Part shown: piece by piece, positions 1-9,377 of the stretch
Position numbering within the stretch: position 1 is the stretch's first letter
Layout: every line of letters starts with the position of its first letter
Source of the DNA: a virus
Lineage: Duplodnaviria > Caudoviricetes
Length of the DNA: 35,834 nucleotides
Direction: 5' to 3' (one strand)
Virus record (IMG/VR): IMGVR_UViG_3300046055_000057
Coordinates: 1-35,834 of that record
Program-made: the position numbers and the translations under genes
The notes under the pieces: generated by a model
Told to the model about the DNA's origin: nothing
Seen by the model: the letters and a program-made list of their open reading frames with translations, nothing else
The model's database searches: none

Positions 1-70
1 TGACGCTCAACACGGACTTCGCAGACGTTCGCCAGTACCCGCCCGGCACGCACGCCGGGACTCTCTTCCT
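1..70 (+). pseudogene. Internal fragment of a DUF5615-like PIN-domain gene, apparently truncated
   Basis: The frame starting at nt 3 reads TLNTDFADVRQYPPGTHAGTLFL, resembling the 'TxDxDFadirxypPxxhaGii' segment of DUF5615 PIN-like proteins. The resemblance is lost at the 21-bp duplication. The 5' part is outside the window. Confidence 0.45.
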
Positions 71-71
71 T

Positions 72-113
72 TCATTCTCTTTCGAGAACGGCTCATTCTC
101 TTTCGAGAACGGC
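72..113. repeat. Perfect 21-bp tandem duplication TCATTCTCTTTCGAGAACGGC x2
   Basis: Copies at 72-92 and 93-113; each contains a TTCTC/GAGAA inverted repeat. Confidence 0.95.
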
Positions 114-351
114 AAAGGGAGCCCAAAACAGCAAACCCCGCCCCGAAGCGCCGTTTTCAGCGCCAGAAGCGGGATTTCGGGACAGTACCGCGTACGGGAA
201 ACGCCCCAGTGCATCAAGCGTAACCAGCCGTCATCCGCGGCGGGTCAAACACCCTTCTTGACCCATGCGTCCACGAACCGGTGTAGCATTTGTCTCCCAG
301 CGTAATCGACTGAGTTGTTAAGTGCGTTGTGAAGGTTGCGCCCGCCGCCTC

Positions 352-459
352 CTACGCCTCCAAGTAGCTCTCGACTTCTTGGCGTTCGTCGTCGTCTTGG
401 GCGGCCCGGCTGTACAGCAAAAGTCTTTTCCAATCGCCATTGAAGTAGTGCTTCGACTC
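352..459 (-). pseudogene. Orphan 3' gene remnant resembling a LamG/concanavalin-like domain C-terminus
   Basis: Reads ESKHYFNGDWKRLLLYSRAAQDDDERQEVESYLEA-stop (TAG 352-354), preceded by an in-frame TAA. Matches the 'FxGxixElliYsRalsdxErqxvesYL' pattern. Confidence 0.5.
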
Positions 460-526
460 TTACGCGTCGCGTTCGACCTCACGTCTGGTCGAGGTCTTGC
501 TTCTCGGGAGCGTACGTCGAGTGACA

Positions 527-3500
527 CTACGCAGGCAGCCGCTCGATCTGCCGCTTGATCTCGCTGGCGGGGGGCACGTGCGGCCACCCCGTCAGCGGAT
601 CGCTCGGCCCCGCTCCCACCCGTGCCACTCGCGCGGCCACCTCCGTATCAGCCAAGCGGAAGTCGCCAGCCTCCGGGTCCCGGTAGATTGCGCGCAGCCC
701 GCGCGGGTCATTGCGTAGGTCGATGTAGATGCTGCCCTCGTCGGTGCCTGCCCCACGCTGGAAAGCGCTCAGCGTATCGAAAACCGTCGTGTTTCCGTCA
801 GGGTTGTTTCCCCCTTTCCATGTTGGAGCGCTGCCGGAAACCTGGATATAGACGTTGTTTCGACGCGTCTGGTCACACGAGCCAAAACTGCCTTCCAAAT
901 CGACAGAAGCAAAGCCAGAAAAGCCACCTGCCCCGTCGTAGATGTAGACGCACCCCTGTCCTTCAGACACGCGCACATCGCCCCCAGTCGTGAGGCCCGG
1001 CCGATCAATCCAAAAAATACAGCGCCGCGCGTGCTGCATCTCGGACTGTTCCTCGATCAAGACGGCAGGCGCTTTCCCCGGCGCGTACTCGTCTTGCGGC
1101 CCCGTCACGCGGATGATGCAGTCATCGAGCGCCACGTCCATTGTCCCTTTCTTTGAGATGGCTGAGCGCGTCACCTCATTGGCAACTACATGCCGATAGC
1201 GCGACCGTGGAGCGTTGCCCCCGGTCCACTCGTGGCGCTTGTAGATGTAGATGTCCTCAAAGACGCGCTCATCGGCCCCTCCGCCGAGCGTGCCGCCGCC
1301 CTCGGGACCGGACCACCCGCCTGCGCTGCCCTGCGCATCGCCGGTGTGGACCGTGCCGCGCAGCGTGAGCCGGTCGTGGTCGAGGCTTCCGTCCGAGGTA
1401 GAGGAGTGCGCATAGATGTGATTTCCACCACCGAGAAATGCGCACCCCTCCACGAGCGCCTCCTCCCCCGTCGCGTCTTGGGAGTAAAAGGTCAGCACGG
1501 TCCCGCCCTCTACGTCGCCTGCTTCTAAGCTCGACTCCGCGACGCCTGCACCTACGAAAAGCGTACGGCGCACGAGGCCCGAGCGGATCACCGCGTGGTG
1601 CAGTGTCCCTCGCTCGATCACAGCGCGGTCCAGCAAAGCGCGCTCCCCCATTTGCAGCCCATCGTCGCGGGCGGAGTAGACCTGGTGGATGCCCTCGATG
1701 ATCGCGTCGTGCGCATCAAAATGGCTATGCGCCGCCTGTCGCACGGCGACCTCGTGACGGTATGCCCCCGAGCCGGGGGCTTGGGAGTCAGACGGATGCA
1801 CCACCCACGTCGCGGTATTGGCATCTGCATCCGACGAGGTGACCCGGTAGGAGCCGGGCGTCGCCTCTACGTCTGCAAGGCTGGCCTGCTCGGTCAAGAT
1901 CGTGCCCTGCAAAAGACCGATCTTGCCAGCCGACGTGGAAGCATCCACCTCCAGAACTGGGCTTTTGTGCGCCGCTGTGCTGCCGGAGATGTCATCGTGC
2001 CGCTGTGCGTGCCAGTCGCCGGTGTACTCGTAAACATTCGAGTAGCCACTTTTGAGCGACCACGCGCTCGCGTCAACCGCGTTGAAGGCGCTCAGCACGG
2101 GCAGCGCCTGCGGCCCTTTGCCATGCTGCACGTCACGCGCATGGCCGCTCACTGGCAACGCCAGTGCCTCGCGCAAGACAGCCTTCCGCAGCAGCCCCAC
2201 CGACGCGGGCGCGTCGGGTGCGGGCGTCGTCTCGGTGTGAGGGCCGCCTGCGTCCACATCTGCCAGCGACGGGGCCGGGGCGGTCAGCGTGCCCGATCCC
2301 GACGCCTGATCGTCTACGTACACGCCGAGATCGCGAGCGACGAGCCGGTCCAGCGCCGGATTGCCGTCCGAGGGCACACTCCACGTCTCCGACCGCGCCG
2401 CTCCCGGCGTATCGGGCGCAGGCAAAAGCGTCTCCGGCGTGTCGAAAAGCCACCCCTCGCGCAAGACCGGCAGCGAGAGACGCGCCGGATCGCTGTCAGA
2501 AGCGTTCGTGATCGTGATGACGACCTTGTCGACGTTTTGGGTATCGTCAGCGGGATACGGGTCCTCCACGAGCAGCCCATCCACGTAAAGCACGTCCCCT
2601 GCCGGATCGCGCCCGCGCCTCGCCTCTTCGAGCGGTCCTGTGTTCCCGTAGCCCTGCACATCCACCTCTGCGGTCGCGTCGCCCTCCAGGACCCGCGCCG
2701 CAAAAGCCACGCGCGAGCCGATCTCGAAGGGGACCGGATCGTCAGGCTGGCTCCCTCCCACATCGTAGGTGATCTCCACGCTCCCGCCAGCTTCCAGCGT
2801 GATATTGGGGCGCGCGCCGCTACGGTCCACGCTGTAGCCCGTGGAGGTGATCGAGGTGTATCGCGTGGGCGCGTCCCACATCGTGCCCGCCCGCTCGATC
2901 TCGCCCAAGAGCGCCGCGACGGCCTGAGGACGCCCCGGCGCGTCCTCGTCAATCTCGGGGCGCTGGTACGCGATGGACGCGACCTCGTTGACGTAGGGTA
3001 GCGTCACGCGCGCCTCCTGTGAGCCGGTCTGCTCCGTGATCTGCACGCGGAAAGCAATGATGCTGCTCGACCCCGAACGGTCCAACGCCTTCCCTTCCGC
3101 ACGGAAAACATTTCCTTCTTGCTCAATCGAAGAGAAATCGTTGTTGCCATTGTCGTACTCGACGTAGAAGCGCGCCGCTACCGACCCGCTCACCAGCGCG
3201 AAGAGCACCGACACCACATCGCCATATGCGTACGGCGATGGGTCGAACTCCAGCGTGACGCGCGTCCCTGACGGGACGACGACCTCTTTGCCGAGGGGGG
3301 TATCGACGATCTCGGGTTGACGTAAGCGCTGGAAGTCACTGACTGCCGCGAGCGCTCGCGCCATGCGCTCGTGCCACGCTGTCGCCGCCTCACCTGCCGA
3401 CGCCGCCGCGTCGCTCGCGTCAGTGGCGGCAGCGGAGGCCAGCCCCTGCACGCTGTCTCCCGATGAGATGGTGCCCTGCTGCGAGTGCGTCCCGCCCGTG

Positions 3501-3610
3501 CGAGTCGCCTCCGCGTCGTCCGCTGCTGTTTCCGCCGCGTCCGCGTCAGCCCCCACCGCTGCCGGGTCGGGAATGGAGAGCTGGTCGGTCTCTTGGTCTC
3601 CTGTGGCCAT
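527..3610 (-). CDS. Tailspike / receptor-binding protein with a probable C-terminal right-handed beta-helix (1027 aa)
   Basis: Last gene of the virion module. Ala-rich N-terminal arm, beta-rich middle domains, and a C-terminal DPEAGDFRL..GAGP ending typical of pectin-lyase-fold proteins. Confidence 0.7.
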   Translation of the reverse strand: MATGDQETDQLSIPDPAAVGADADAAETAADDAEATRTGGTHSQQGTISSGDSVQGLASAAATDASDAAASAGEAATAWHERMARALAAVSDFQRLRQPEIVDTPLGKEVVVPSGTRVTLEFDPSPYAYGDVVSVLFALVSGSVAARFYVEYDNGNNDFSSIEQEGNVFRAEGKALDRSGSSSIIAFRVQITEQTGSQEARVTLPYVNEVASIAYQRPEIDEDAPGRPQAVAALLGEIERAGTMWDAPTRYTSITSTGYSVDRSGARPNITLEAGGSVEITYDVGGSQPDDPVPFEIGSRVAFAARVLEGDATAEVDVQGYGNTGPLEEARRGRDPAGDVLYVDGLLVEDPYPADDTQNVDKVVITITNASDSDPARLSLPVLREGWLFDTPETLLPAPDTPGAARSETWSVPSDGNPALDRLVARDLGVYVDDQASGSGTLTAPAPSLADVDAGGPHTETTPAPDAPASVGLLRKAVLREALALPVSGHARDVQHGKGPQALPVLSAFNAVDASAWSLKSGYSNVYEYTGDWHAQRHDDISGSTAAHKSPVLEVDASTSAGKIGLLQGTILTEQASLADVEATPGSYRVTSSDADANTATWVVHPSDSQAPGSGAYRHEVAVRQAAHSHFDAHDAIIEGIHQVYSARDDGLQMGERALLDRAVIERGTLHHAVIRSGLVRRTLFVGAGVAESSLEAGDVEGGTVLTFYSQDATGEEALVEGCAFLGGGNHIYAHSSTSDGSLDHDRLTLRGTVHTGDAQGSAGGWSGPEGGGTLGGGADERVFEDIYIYKRHEWTGGNAPRSRYRHVVANEVTRSAISKKGTMDVALDDCIIRVTGPQDEYAPGKAPAVLIEEQSEMQHARRCIFWIDRPGLTTGGDVRVSEGQGCVYIYDGAGGFSGFASVDLEGSFGSCDQTRRNNVYIQVSGSAPTWKGGNNPDGNTTVFDTLSAFQRGAGTDEGSIYIDLRNDPRGLRAIYRDPEAGDFRLADTEVAARVARVGAGPSDPLTGWPHVPPASEIKRQIERLPA

Positions 3611-3628
3611 AGTGGTGCCTCTTGTCTG

Positions 3629-6600
3629 TCAGGTGTCGTGCGTGATGAGCGTGTCGCCGCCCGTGTCGGTGCGCCCGATGCGCTGCCGTCCGAGGGCGTC
3701 CGGCTCAACTCGATAGCGGTAGCCGAGCGTGCGCGTCGTGCCCGTCCGGTCGGTGCGCGTGATGGTCTCCACCAGCGCAAACGAGCCGCTCCCGAAAGCG
3801 CGCAGGTCGTAGCTGCCGTCCGCCTGCTCATCAAGCGTCAGTGCAAACGTGTCCGCGTCAAGATAGACCGATGGGCGCTCCCCGCTCGTCTTGACTTCCA
3901 GCTCATGCACGCCGTCCACGAGCTCGACGTAGACGCCTTCCCCCGCATCGGGCGTAGCCGTCAGGTCGGAGCCCAGCTGCGCGCCGGAGGCGTCATAGAG
4001 CCGCACCGTCACGTCGCCCGCCTCCCCCGCCTCCAGCCGTAGCAAGCGGCCCCCGTAGGGCGTCACGTCAAGCGTCCACGTGGTCGGCGCGCTCCCCGAC
4101 CCCTTCACACCACCGAGGAGGTCGGTGCTCTCTGGAAAGACGAATGCGCGCGCTGGAAAGACGATGCCCTCTTCGGCGCTCCAATCTGTGCGGTCCGTCA
4201 GCGGCGGCAGTTCCGGCGCGCGCCGCCGCATGCGCACGTCGTACTCCATTCCGAATTGCATGAGCCGTTCTCCCGGCGTGGCTTGCCCCCGCAGCTGGAA
4301 GCTCCCGGCCAAGACCAAACCCGCCGGGAGCCGCGCCGTGTCGCGGTCGCCGGGGGTCGCCTGCGTCCCGCCCGCCACCGCTACGCGCGCGCCTTCTTGC
4401 CCCACGTCGTAGAGCGTCCAGTTTAGTTGCCCGGAGCCGCCCGGCATCTGACGCACCCACAGCCGTCGCACGCGCTTCCACGTGCCCACCGCTCCGCCCA
4501 AGTGCATCACCCGCGTTACGATCAGGTAGTCCTGGGTCGCCTCGTCGTCTTCCCCCTCCTGGAACAGCTCGGCGCCGCCTTCCGCTTCCGGCACGCCGTA
4601 CAGTCGCGACCGCAGGCGCGCGAAGTCGCGCCGCGTCCGGTCAAGCAGGAACCACCGCCCGTAGTCCATGGAGTAGCCGAACGTGACCCGCCCATTCGCC
4701 ACCCACACCTCACGCCGCCCGTCCGCGCGGTCGTCGTCGTAGAACCCCAGCGCCGTCCCCACGCCCAATGCGGAGAGGAAGTCGCCCTCCTTCCCGTGCA
4801 ACGGGCGCGACAAGGCACGGTCCGACAGTTGAGGCGAAAGCACCCACACCCCATCCCGCGCGGCGAAAACGATGCTGTCCTCGGCGTTCGTGAAGGCCGC
4901 CCGTCCCACGCACCCCTTTGGGGCGACTTTTTTCCACCCGGCGAACGCGACGTCGCCGCTGCCCACTTCGCCGGCGTGCACGTTGTCCCGCCCCAGCGCG
5001 TAGACGGGGTAGCTCCCGAACTGTCCCTCCGACACCGGGAGCGTCGCCGCGGCAAACCCCACGATCCCGTCTTGCGGCCCCTCGCCCACGTAGGCCACCC
5101 GCCGCGCCAGAAGCTCGCGTGGAAGATACGTCCCGCTCACGAGAAGCCGCGTCGGGTCCTGGTCATCGGTGGCGTTTTGGCTTTCAACCGTGCGTTGGGT
5201 TACAACCAGATCCGGCTCCCCGCCCCCGCTCGATGACGACGTCGATGTCGAAAAGTCTTCGATTGACGTTCGCGCGCTTCCCTTCGACGTCTTCTCTTCT
5301 GTGCCGCCGTAGTCCACATCAACCTCCGCTGCCGTCTTGACCTCCAGCCGCGCCGCGTTCTCCGCGTCCGAAAAGACGCGCTCGAACGGGCCGCCGTCGG
5401 TCCGTCCGCTTTGGTCGTCGGTGTCCCGGTTCGACGCCGACGCGCTGCGTATCTCGCTACGCACCTCGTTTCCGTTCTCGTCGAGAAGGCGGATTTCGAT
5501 CTCGGCGAGGCTGTTCGCCTGCCACCCCTGCACCGATGCGAAGCACCGCGCGCTTACGGTCACATCCGTACCGGCCGCCAGCGGAGACGCAAAGTCGAAG
5601 TACGCCGTCTGGAACCCGCCTCCACTCGGGTCCTGTGCGCTCTGTGACCCCGTGTCGTCGTCGGCCGTCAGCCCCACCAGCGCCTTGCCGTCCCCCGTCA
5701 TGTCCGCCCTGTTGTAGGTGTTGCTCGAGCTTCCCTCGTCGGCCCCGCTGTTCGTCAGGTCGATTGGCCCCATCAGCGGGCGAAACACATAGTTGCCGCC
5801 GCCCTCTTCAAAATCGCGCGTCACGCCCTGCACGAACACGCGCTGCCACGTCGCTGAGCCGGGCGCATCCGGGCTCGTGTAATTCGTCGAGATCAAAAGC
5901 TCCCAGCTTTCCGCCCGCACGTCCAGATAATACAACAGATTCTGCACCAACTCCACGTCGGTTGCGCTGGAGGAATCGTAGGGGAGCGGCTCCGACCACC
6001 GATACAGCGTCCGGCCCGCCGTTTCGATCTGCACGCGCAGCCGCAACCAGTAGTCGTTTCCGTCGCTGTTGTGCGTGCCGTCCTCCCACACGAACATGTC
6101 CTGCAAATCCGGGCGGTAGAGGTCGTAGGCCACGCCCCCGAGCATCAGGCGCTTGTTGTAGCTAAACACCGCGCCCGCACGAATCTTGTGTTGCAGCAAC
6201 GTTTCGCTCCCCAGCTGCTCACCCGTTACGATCTCCGAGGCCGGGCCGCCCCACGTCACGCGCTCGTCTTGCTCGATCCCCGGAATCCGCGCCACCCGAA
6301 ACGCCGGGTTGTACAGCGCTTCGTTCTCCGCGCCCACGACGGGGTTCCCGTCCGCGTCGGTCAGCGTCTTCGACTGCGCGTAGACGAGCACGGCGCCGAG
6401 GCGCTCTTTCCACTTCGCCGGAAGCGCCTGCGCGCGCGCCCCGATGGTAAACGTCAGGTCGTAACTGTTGCCGCTGTCGAGGCTCTTCTGCACCGGCCGC
6501 CCCGGCGCGGCCACCAGCCCGTTTTCGAACTGCCACGCGAACCGAAACACGTAGTCCCCTTTTTCGAGATCGCCCCCCGTCGCCTCCGTGATGTCGACCG

Positions 6601-7111
6601 GCGGCAGCGGCGGCGGCACGAGCTTCATGCACGCGTCCCCGCGAAGCTCGATCACCGTCCCCGATGTGCGTTGCTCCTCGCCCCGGCTGACGACGATCCA
6701 CGTCGCGTCGCCGAGGTGCGCGAACTGAGCGCGCCGCGTGTCGTCGGGGTCGTCGAAGGCGTACACCTCTTTCGCCCTGTGACCTTGACCCGGGTCCACC
6801 ACCCACACCCCGCTTGCGCAGAGGGCCACCAGCCGGTCAAGGCTCTGGTTCGGGTCGTCGTTCAGGTCCGCGTGGTCGCCGAAGCTGTCGCGGTACTGCA
6901 CGCCGAGGGAGAGCACCGGCCCCGGCAACCGCGTCTGTGCCGTGAGCGGGTCCACCGCGCCCTCCGGCGGCGTCAGGTGGGGCGTCCCGTCGGGCGGGCC
7001 CGCCCACGTGAGGTTCGCGAGCGTATGCAGCCGCCCCGGCGCCCCACCGGGCGCGCCACGCGGCTGGCTCACGTCCAGCGGGCCAAACGGAATATCCTGT
7101 CGTTGGCTCAT
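3629..7111 (-). CDS. Tail nozzle/stabilization protein (tail tubular B / P22 gp10-like, probable beta-propeller), 1160 aa
   Basis: Follows the adaptor gene; motifs YNKRLMLG and GCVGRAAFTNAEDSIVFAARDGVWVLS are typical of podovirus nozzle propeller blades. Confidence 0.65.
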   Translation of the reverse strand: MSQRQDIPFGPLDVSQPRGAPGGAPGRLHTLANLTWAGPPDGTPHLTPPEGAVDPLTAQTRLPGPVLSLGVQYRDSFGDHADLNDDPNQSLDRLVALCASGVWVVDPGQGHRAKEVYAFDDPDDTRRAQFAHLGDATWIVVSRGEEQRTSGTVIELRGDACMKLVPPPLPPVDITEATGGDLEKGDYVFRFAWQFENGLVAAPGRPVQKSLDSGNSYDLTFTIGARAQALPAKWKERLGAVLVYAQSKTLTDADGNPVVGAENEALYNPAFRVARIPGIEQDERVTWGGPASEIVTGEQLGSETLLQHKIRAGAVFSYNKRLMLGGVAYDLYRPDLQDMFVWEDGTHNSDGNDYWLRLRVQIETAGRTLYRWSEPLPYDSSSATDVELVQNLLYYLDVRAESWELLISTNYTSPDAPGSATWQRVFVQGVTRDFEEGGGNYVFRPLMGPIDLTNSGADEGSSSNTYNRADMTGDGKALVGLTADDDTGSQSAQDPSGGGFQTAYFDFASPLAAGTDVTVSARCFASVQGWQANSLAEIEIRLLDENGNEVRSEIRSASASNRDTDDQSGRTDGGPFERVFSDAENAARLEVKTAAEVDVDYGGTEEKTSKGSARTSIEDFSTSTSSSSGGGEPDLVVTQRTVESQNATDDQDPTRLLVSGTYLPRELLARRVAYVGEGPQDGIVGFAAATLPVSEGQFGSYPVYALGRDNVHAGEVGSGDVAFAGWKKVAPKGCVGRAAFTNAEDSIVFAARDGVWVLSPQLSDRALSRPLHGKEGDFLSALGVGTALGFYDDDRADGRREVWVANGRVTFGYSMDYGRWFLLDRTRRDFARLRSRLYGVPEAEGGAELFQEGEDDEATQDYLIVTRVMHLGGAVGTWKRVRRLWVRQMPGGSGQLNWTLYDVGQEGARVAVAGGTQATPGDRDTARLPAGLVLAGSFQLRGQATPGERLMQFGMEYDVRMRRRAPELPPLTDRTDWSAEEGIVFPARAFVFPESTDLLGGVKGSGSAPTTWTLDVTPYGGRLLRLEAGEAGDVTVRLYDASGAQLGSDLTATPDAGEGVYVELVDGVHELEVKTSGERPSVYLDADTFALTLDEQADGSYDLRAFGSGSFALVETITRTDRTGTTRTLGYRYRVEPDALGRQRIGRTDTGGDTLITHDT

Positions 7112-7114
7112 AGC

Positions 7115-7771
7115 TCACCCCAGCGGTCGGTACGGGCGCTCGCTCGTCGAGGGGGCACGCGGCTCGCTCCTGTACCCGTCCACTCCCGCCCAGAAGCGGT
7201 CTTCCCGTCGCCCGGCCTGCGCCTCTTCGCCCACGTCGCGTAGCCACTGCGCTTGCACATAGTCCGCCAGCGCGCGCCGCAGCTCGGGCGCGAGTTGCGC
7301 GAGGAGGGCGTCCAGTTCAGCCAGCTCCCCCGCACCAATCCGGAAATCCCCGTTCGAGATGTAGTGTAGCGCCAGCGTGGTCTCGCCCTTCGGCGCAGGA
7401 TGCACGACCAACTGGCCGCCGCTGAATCCGATCACCTCCACCTCGCCTTCCCGCGCTTCCGTCTCCACCAGCGCCCGCGCGCGCTTTCCGTCTACGTGCT
7501 CCAACGCCCGGCCGCCAGCCACGTACGCTCCGCGCAGGTGCGCCAAGTCTCGCGGCGCGTCCTGCGCGTGCTGCCCCGCCGCCAGCGTCGGCTCGAGCCG
7601 TCGTTCGAGCCGTCCGGTGTGCCGGGCAATCTCAATCAGCCCTTCCCGTGTGTAGATCGTCAGCAGCTCGTCGTCGCTGTCGGAGGGCGCGATGAGCGTG
7701 TCCCCCACCCGTCGCGCCAAGACCCCCAGACGGCGTTTCACGCGGTCCAGTATGTCATCAAGCGTCTGCAT
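7115..7771 (-). CDS. Head-tail adaptor / tail tubular protein A-like (218 aa)
   Basis: Start re-called at ATG 7771 (MQTLDDILDRVKRRLG), just after the upstream stop at 7776. Shows the adaptor pattern: N-terminal helix, 'VVHPAP' and C-terminal 'ALADYV'. Confidence 0.65.
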   Translation of the reverse strand: MQTLDDILDRVKRRLGVLARRVGDTLIAPSDSDDELLTIYTREGLIEIARHTGRLERRLEPTLAAGQHAQDAPRDLAHLRGAYVAGGRALEHVDGKRARALVETEAREGEVEVIGFSGGQLVVHPAPKGETTLALHYISNGDFRIGAGELAELDALLAQLAPELRRALADYVQAQWLRDVGEEAQAGRREDRFWAGVDGYRSEPRAPSTSERPYRPLG

Positions 7772-7775
7772 CGTG

Positions 7776-8147
7776 TCAGGAGAGGATGTCGCGCACTTCC
7801 GAAACCGTGTGCGCCGCCACATCTGTGCCTTCCGCGAAGGACAGATCCGCCAGCTCACCGGGGATCTCCGACGCACCTTCGATGGCCTTCTGGACGGCCT
7901 GCCGCATGTCGTGGTTGGTGATTACAATTCGCGCGTCGCTGATCTGAAATCCGTCCGCTCCAGCACGGGTGGCCGCCTTCAGGAATTCGACTGCGCCGGT
8001 GATGGCTTCTTTGGTCTGCTGGGTGCCTTTCTGGTTTGCCATAGGGATAGCCTCGTCTTGGTGAGAAGGAAGCGTGTCCGGCGTGTCGATGTCGGCCGCG
8101 CCGGGATCGGCCGTGTAAGCGGGGTCTATGTCGGGAGGGTCGCTCAT
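7776..8147 (-). CDS. Hypothetical phage protein in the lysis cassette (true start may be ATG 8042, MANQKGTQQTKEAI)
   Basis: Tightly packed between its neighbours, with phage-like composition; function not recognised. Confidence 0.6.
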   Translation of the reverse strand: MSDPPDIDPAYTADPGAADIDTPDTLPSHQDEAIPMANQKGTQQTKEAITGAVEFLKAATRAGADGFQISDARIVITNHDMRQAVQKAIEGASEIPGELADLSFAEGTDVAAHTVSEVRDILS

Positions 8148-8149
8148 GG

Positions 8150-8512
8150 TCAGTCGATGTGCATCTCGATGATCTTGTCGAGCTTCTCGTCGATGGATCG
8201 CAACTCGCGTTCGACGCGCTTTTCGAAGCGGTTCAGCCGGGGTTTGCGCGCGTACAGGTCTTCGGCAGTTTCGACGTGCTCGTCCAAGTCGTCGCGGATT
8301 CCTTGCTCGCGTTGGACGGCGTTCGACACGATGGATTTTTGCATCTCAACGCGCGCTTGTTCTGCATTCCTGCGGAATTGCTTTACGTCCCGCTCGACGT
8401 CTTCTATGCTGCTGTCTGTGCCTCTCACGAAGCGTCTCACCCAGAAGCCGATGACGCCGAGTACGACTGTGCTCGCAGACCCCAAAAGCGCATAAATAAA
8501 ACCTTGTGACAT
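8150..8512 (-). CDS. Putative holin or i-spanin-like membrane protein (N-terminal TM plus coiled coil)
   Basis: Hydrophobic FIYALLGSASTVVLGVIGFWV followed by a charged helical region; starts 6 bp after the endolysin stop. Confidence 0.55.
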   Translation of the reverse strand: MSQGFIYALLGSASTVVLGVIGFWVRRFVRGTDSSIEDVERDVKQFRRNAEQARVEMQKSIVSNAVQREQGIRDDLDEHVETAEDLYARKPRLNRFEKRVERELRSIDEKLDKIIEMHID

Positions 8513-8518
8513 GCTGTG

Positions 8519-9355
8519 TCATGCCATTTTGCTTTTTGAAAGCAACGCGCCCCACGTTTCCGCCCCGACGACCCCATCCACGTCGTCGAGGCCATGCCGG
8601 CGCTGAAAGTCGGTGACCGCCTGTTCGGTGCCTTGTCCGAAGATTCCGTCCACGGGTCCAGCGTACGTCTCTGCCCATTGCAGGCGCTCCTGCGCGTTGC
8701 GCAGCGCGGCGTCTTTGATGCTCCCGTCCGGCGTCGAGCGCCCGCGAAACAGGAGCGGCCGGACGATCAGCGCTCCTTCGCGACGCCGCCGCTCGCGAAT
8801 GTTTTGGAGCGGGTGTCCCTGCTGCATCCCGGCAATGCGTTGCCCCACCTCCTTCCAGTCATTGCTTTCCAGCGCCCCGGCGAGGACACCCAAGGCGCCG
8901 TTGCCGGGGCCGCGATTGTAGCTCAGCGACAGCAAGGCTGTCTGCGCGGGCGGGGGCGTGCACTCCTCGCGGAGCACGGGGAAGCGGGCGCAAACGTCTT
9001 CCCAATAGCTTGCGGCCACCAGCGCGAAGAGTACCTGCTGCCGACCTGTCGGAATTTCGATCCCGCGCAAGACCCGTCCCTCCTCCGAGTCGCTGTGCAG
9101 CGCGCCCTGCGCGGAGTGTCCCTTCAGGCCCAACACGCCCCCGCAGGCGGCCAGCTCCCGCTCGGTCAGCGTCGGATCGTAATAGCTGCGCAGGCGCTCT
9201 TCCGTCTGGTACCCCAGGTCGAACCCGGGGTCAAGCGTGACGCCGCTTCGCTCGCCCGGCCAGTACGCCGAGCGACCGTACAGCGCCAGCCCCGAGCCCT
9301 CGCGGGCGTGAACCCACGCGGCGCTGCCTCGAAAGTCGGTCAGTGATTCCGTCAT
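8519..9355 (-). CDS. Endolysin: pesticin C-terminal-like muramidase plus C-terminal peptidoglycan-binding domain
   Basis: Motifs REG...YWPG..SGVTLDPGFDLG, TALLSLSYNRG and RRRREG; PG-binding repeats DGIFGQGTEQAV and DGVVGAETW. Confidence 0.9.
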   Translation of the reverse strand: MTESLTDFRGSAAWVHAREGSGLALYGRSAYWPGERSGVTLDPGFDLGYQTEERLRSYYDPTLTERELAACGGVLGLKGHSAQGALHSDSEEGRVLRGIEIPTGRQQVLFALVAASYWEDVCARFPVLREECTPPPAQTALLSLSYNRGPGNGALGVLAGALESNDWKEVGQRIAGMQQGHPLQNIRERRRREGALIVRPLLFRGRSTPDGSIKDAALRNAQERLQWAETYAGPVDGIFGQGTEQAVTDFQRRHGLDDVDGVVGAETWGALLSKSKMA

Positions 9356-9377
9356 CGAACCTCGGGGGAAGGGGTCG

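Noticed and set aside
352-3610. Diversity-generating retroelement or invertible tail-fibre switch
   Set aside because: No reverse transcriptase, no TR/VR pair, and no invertase or flanking inverted sites seen in the window.
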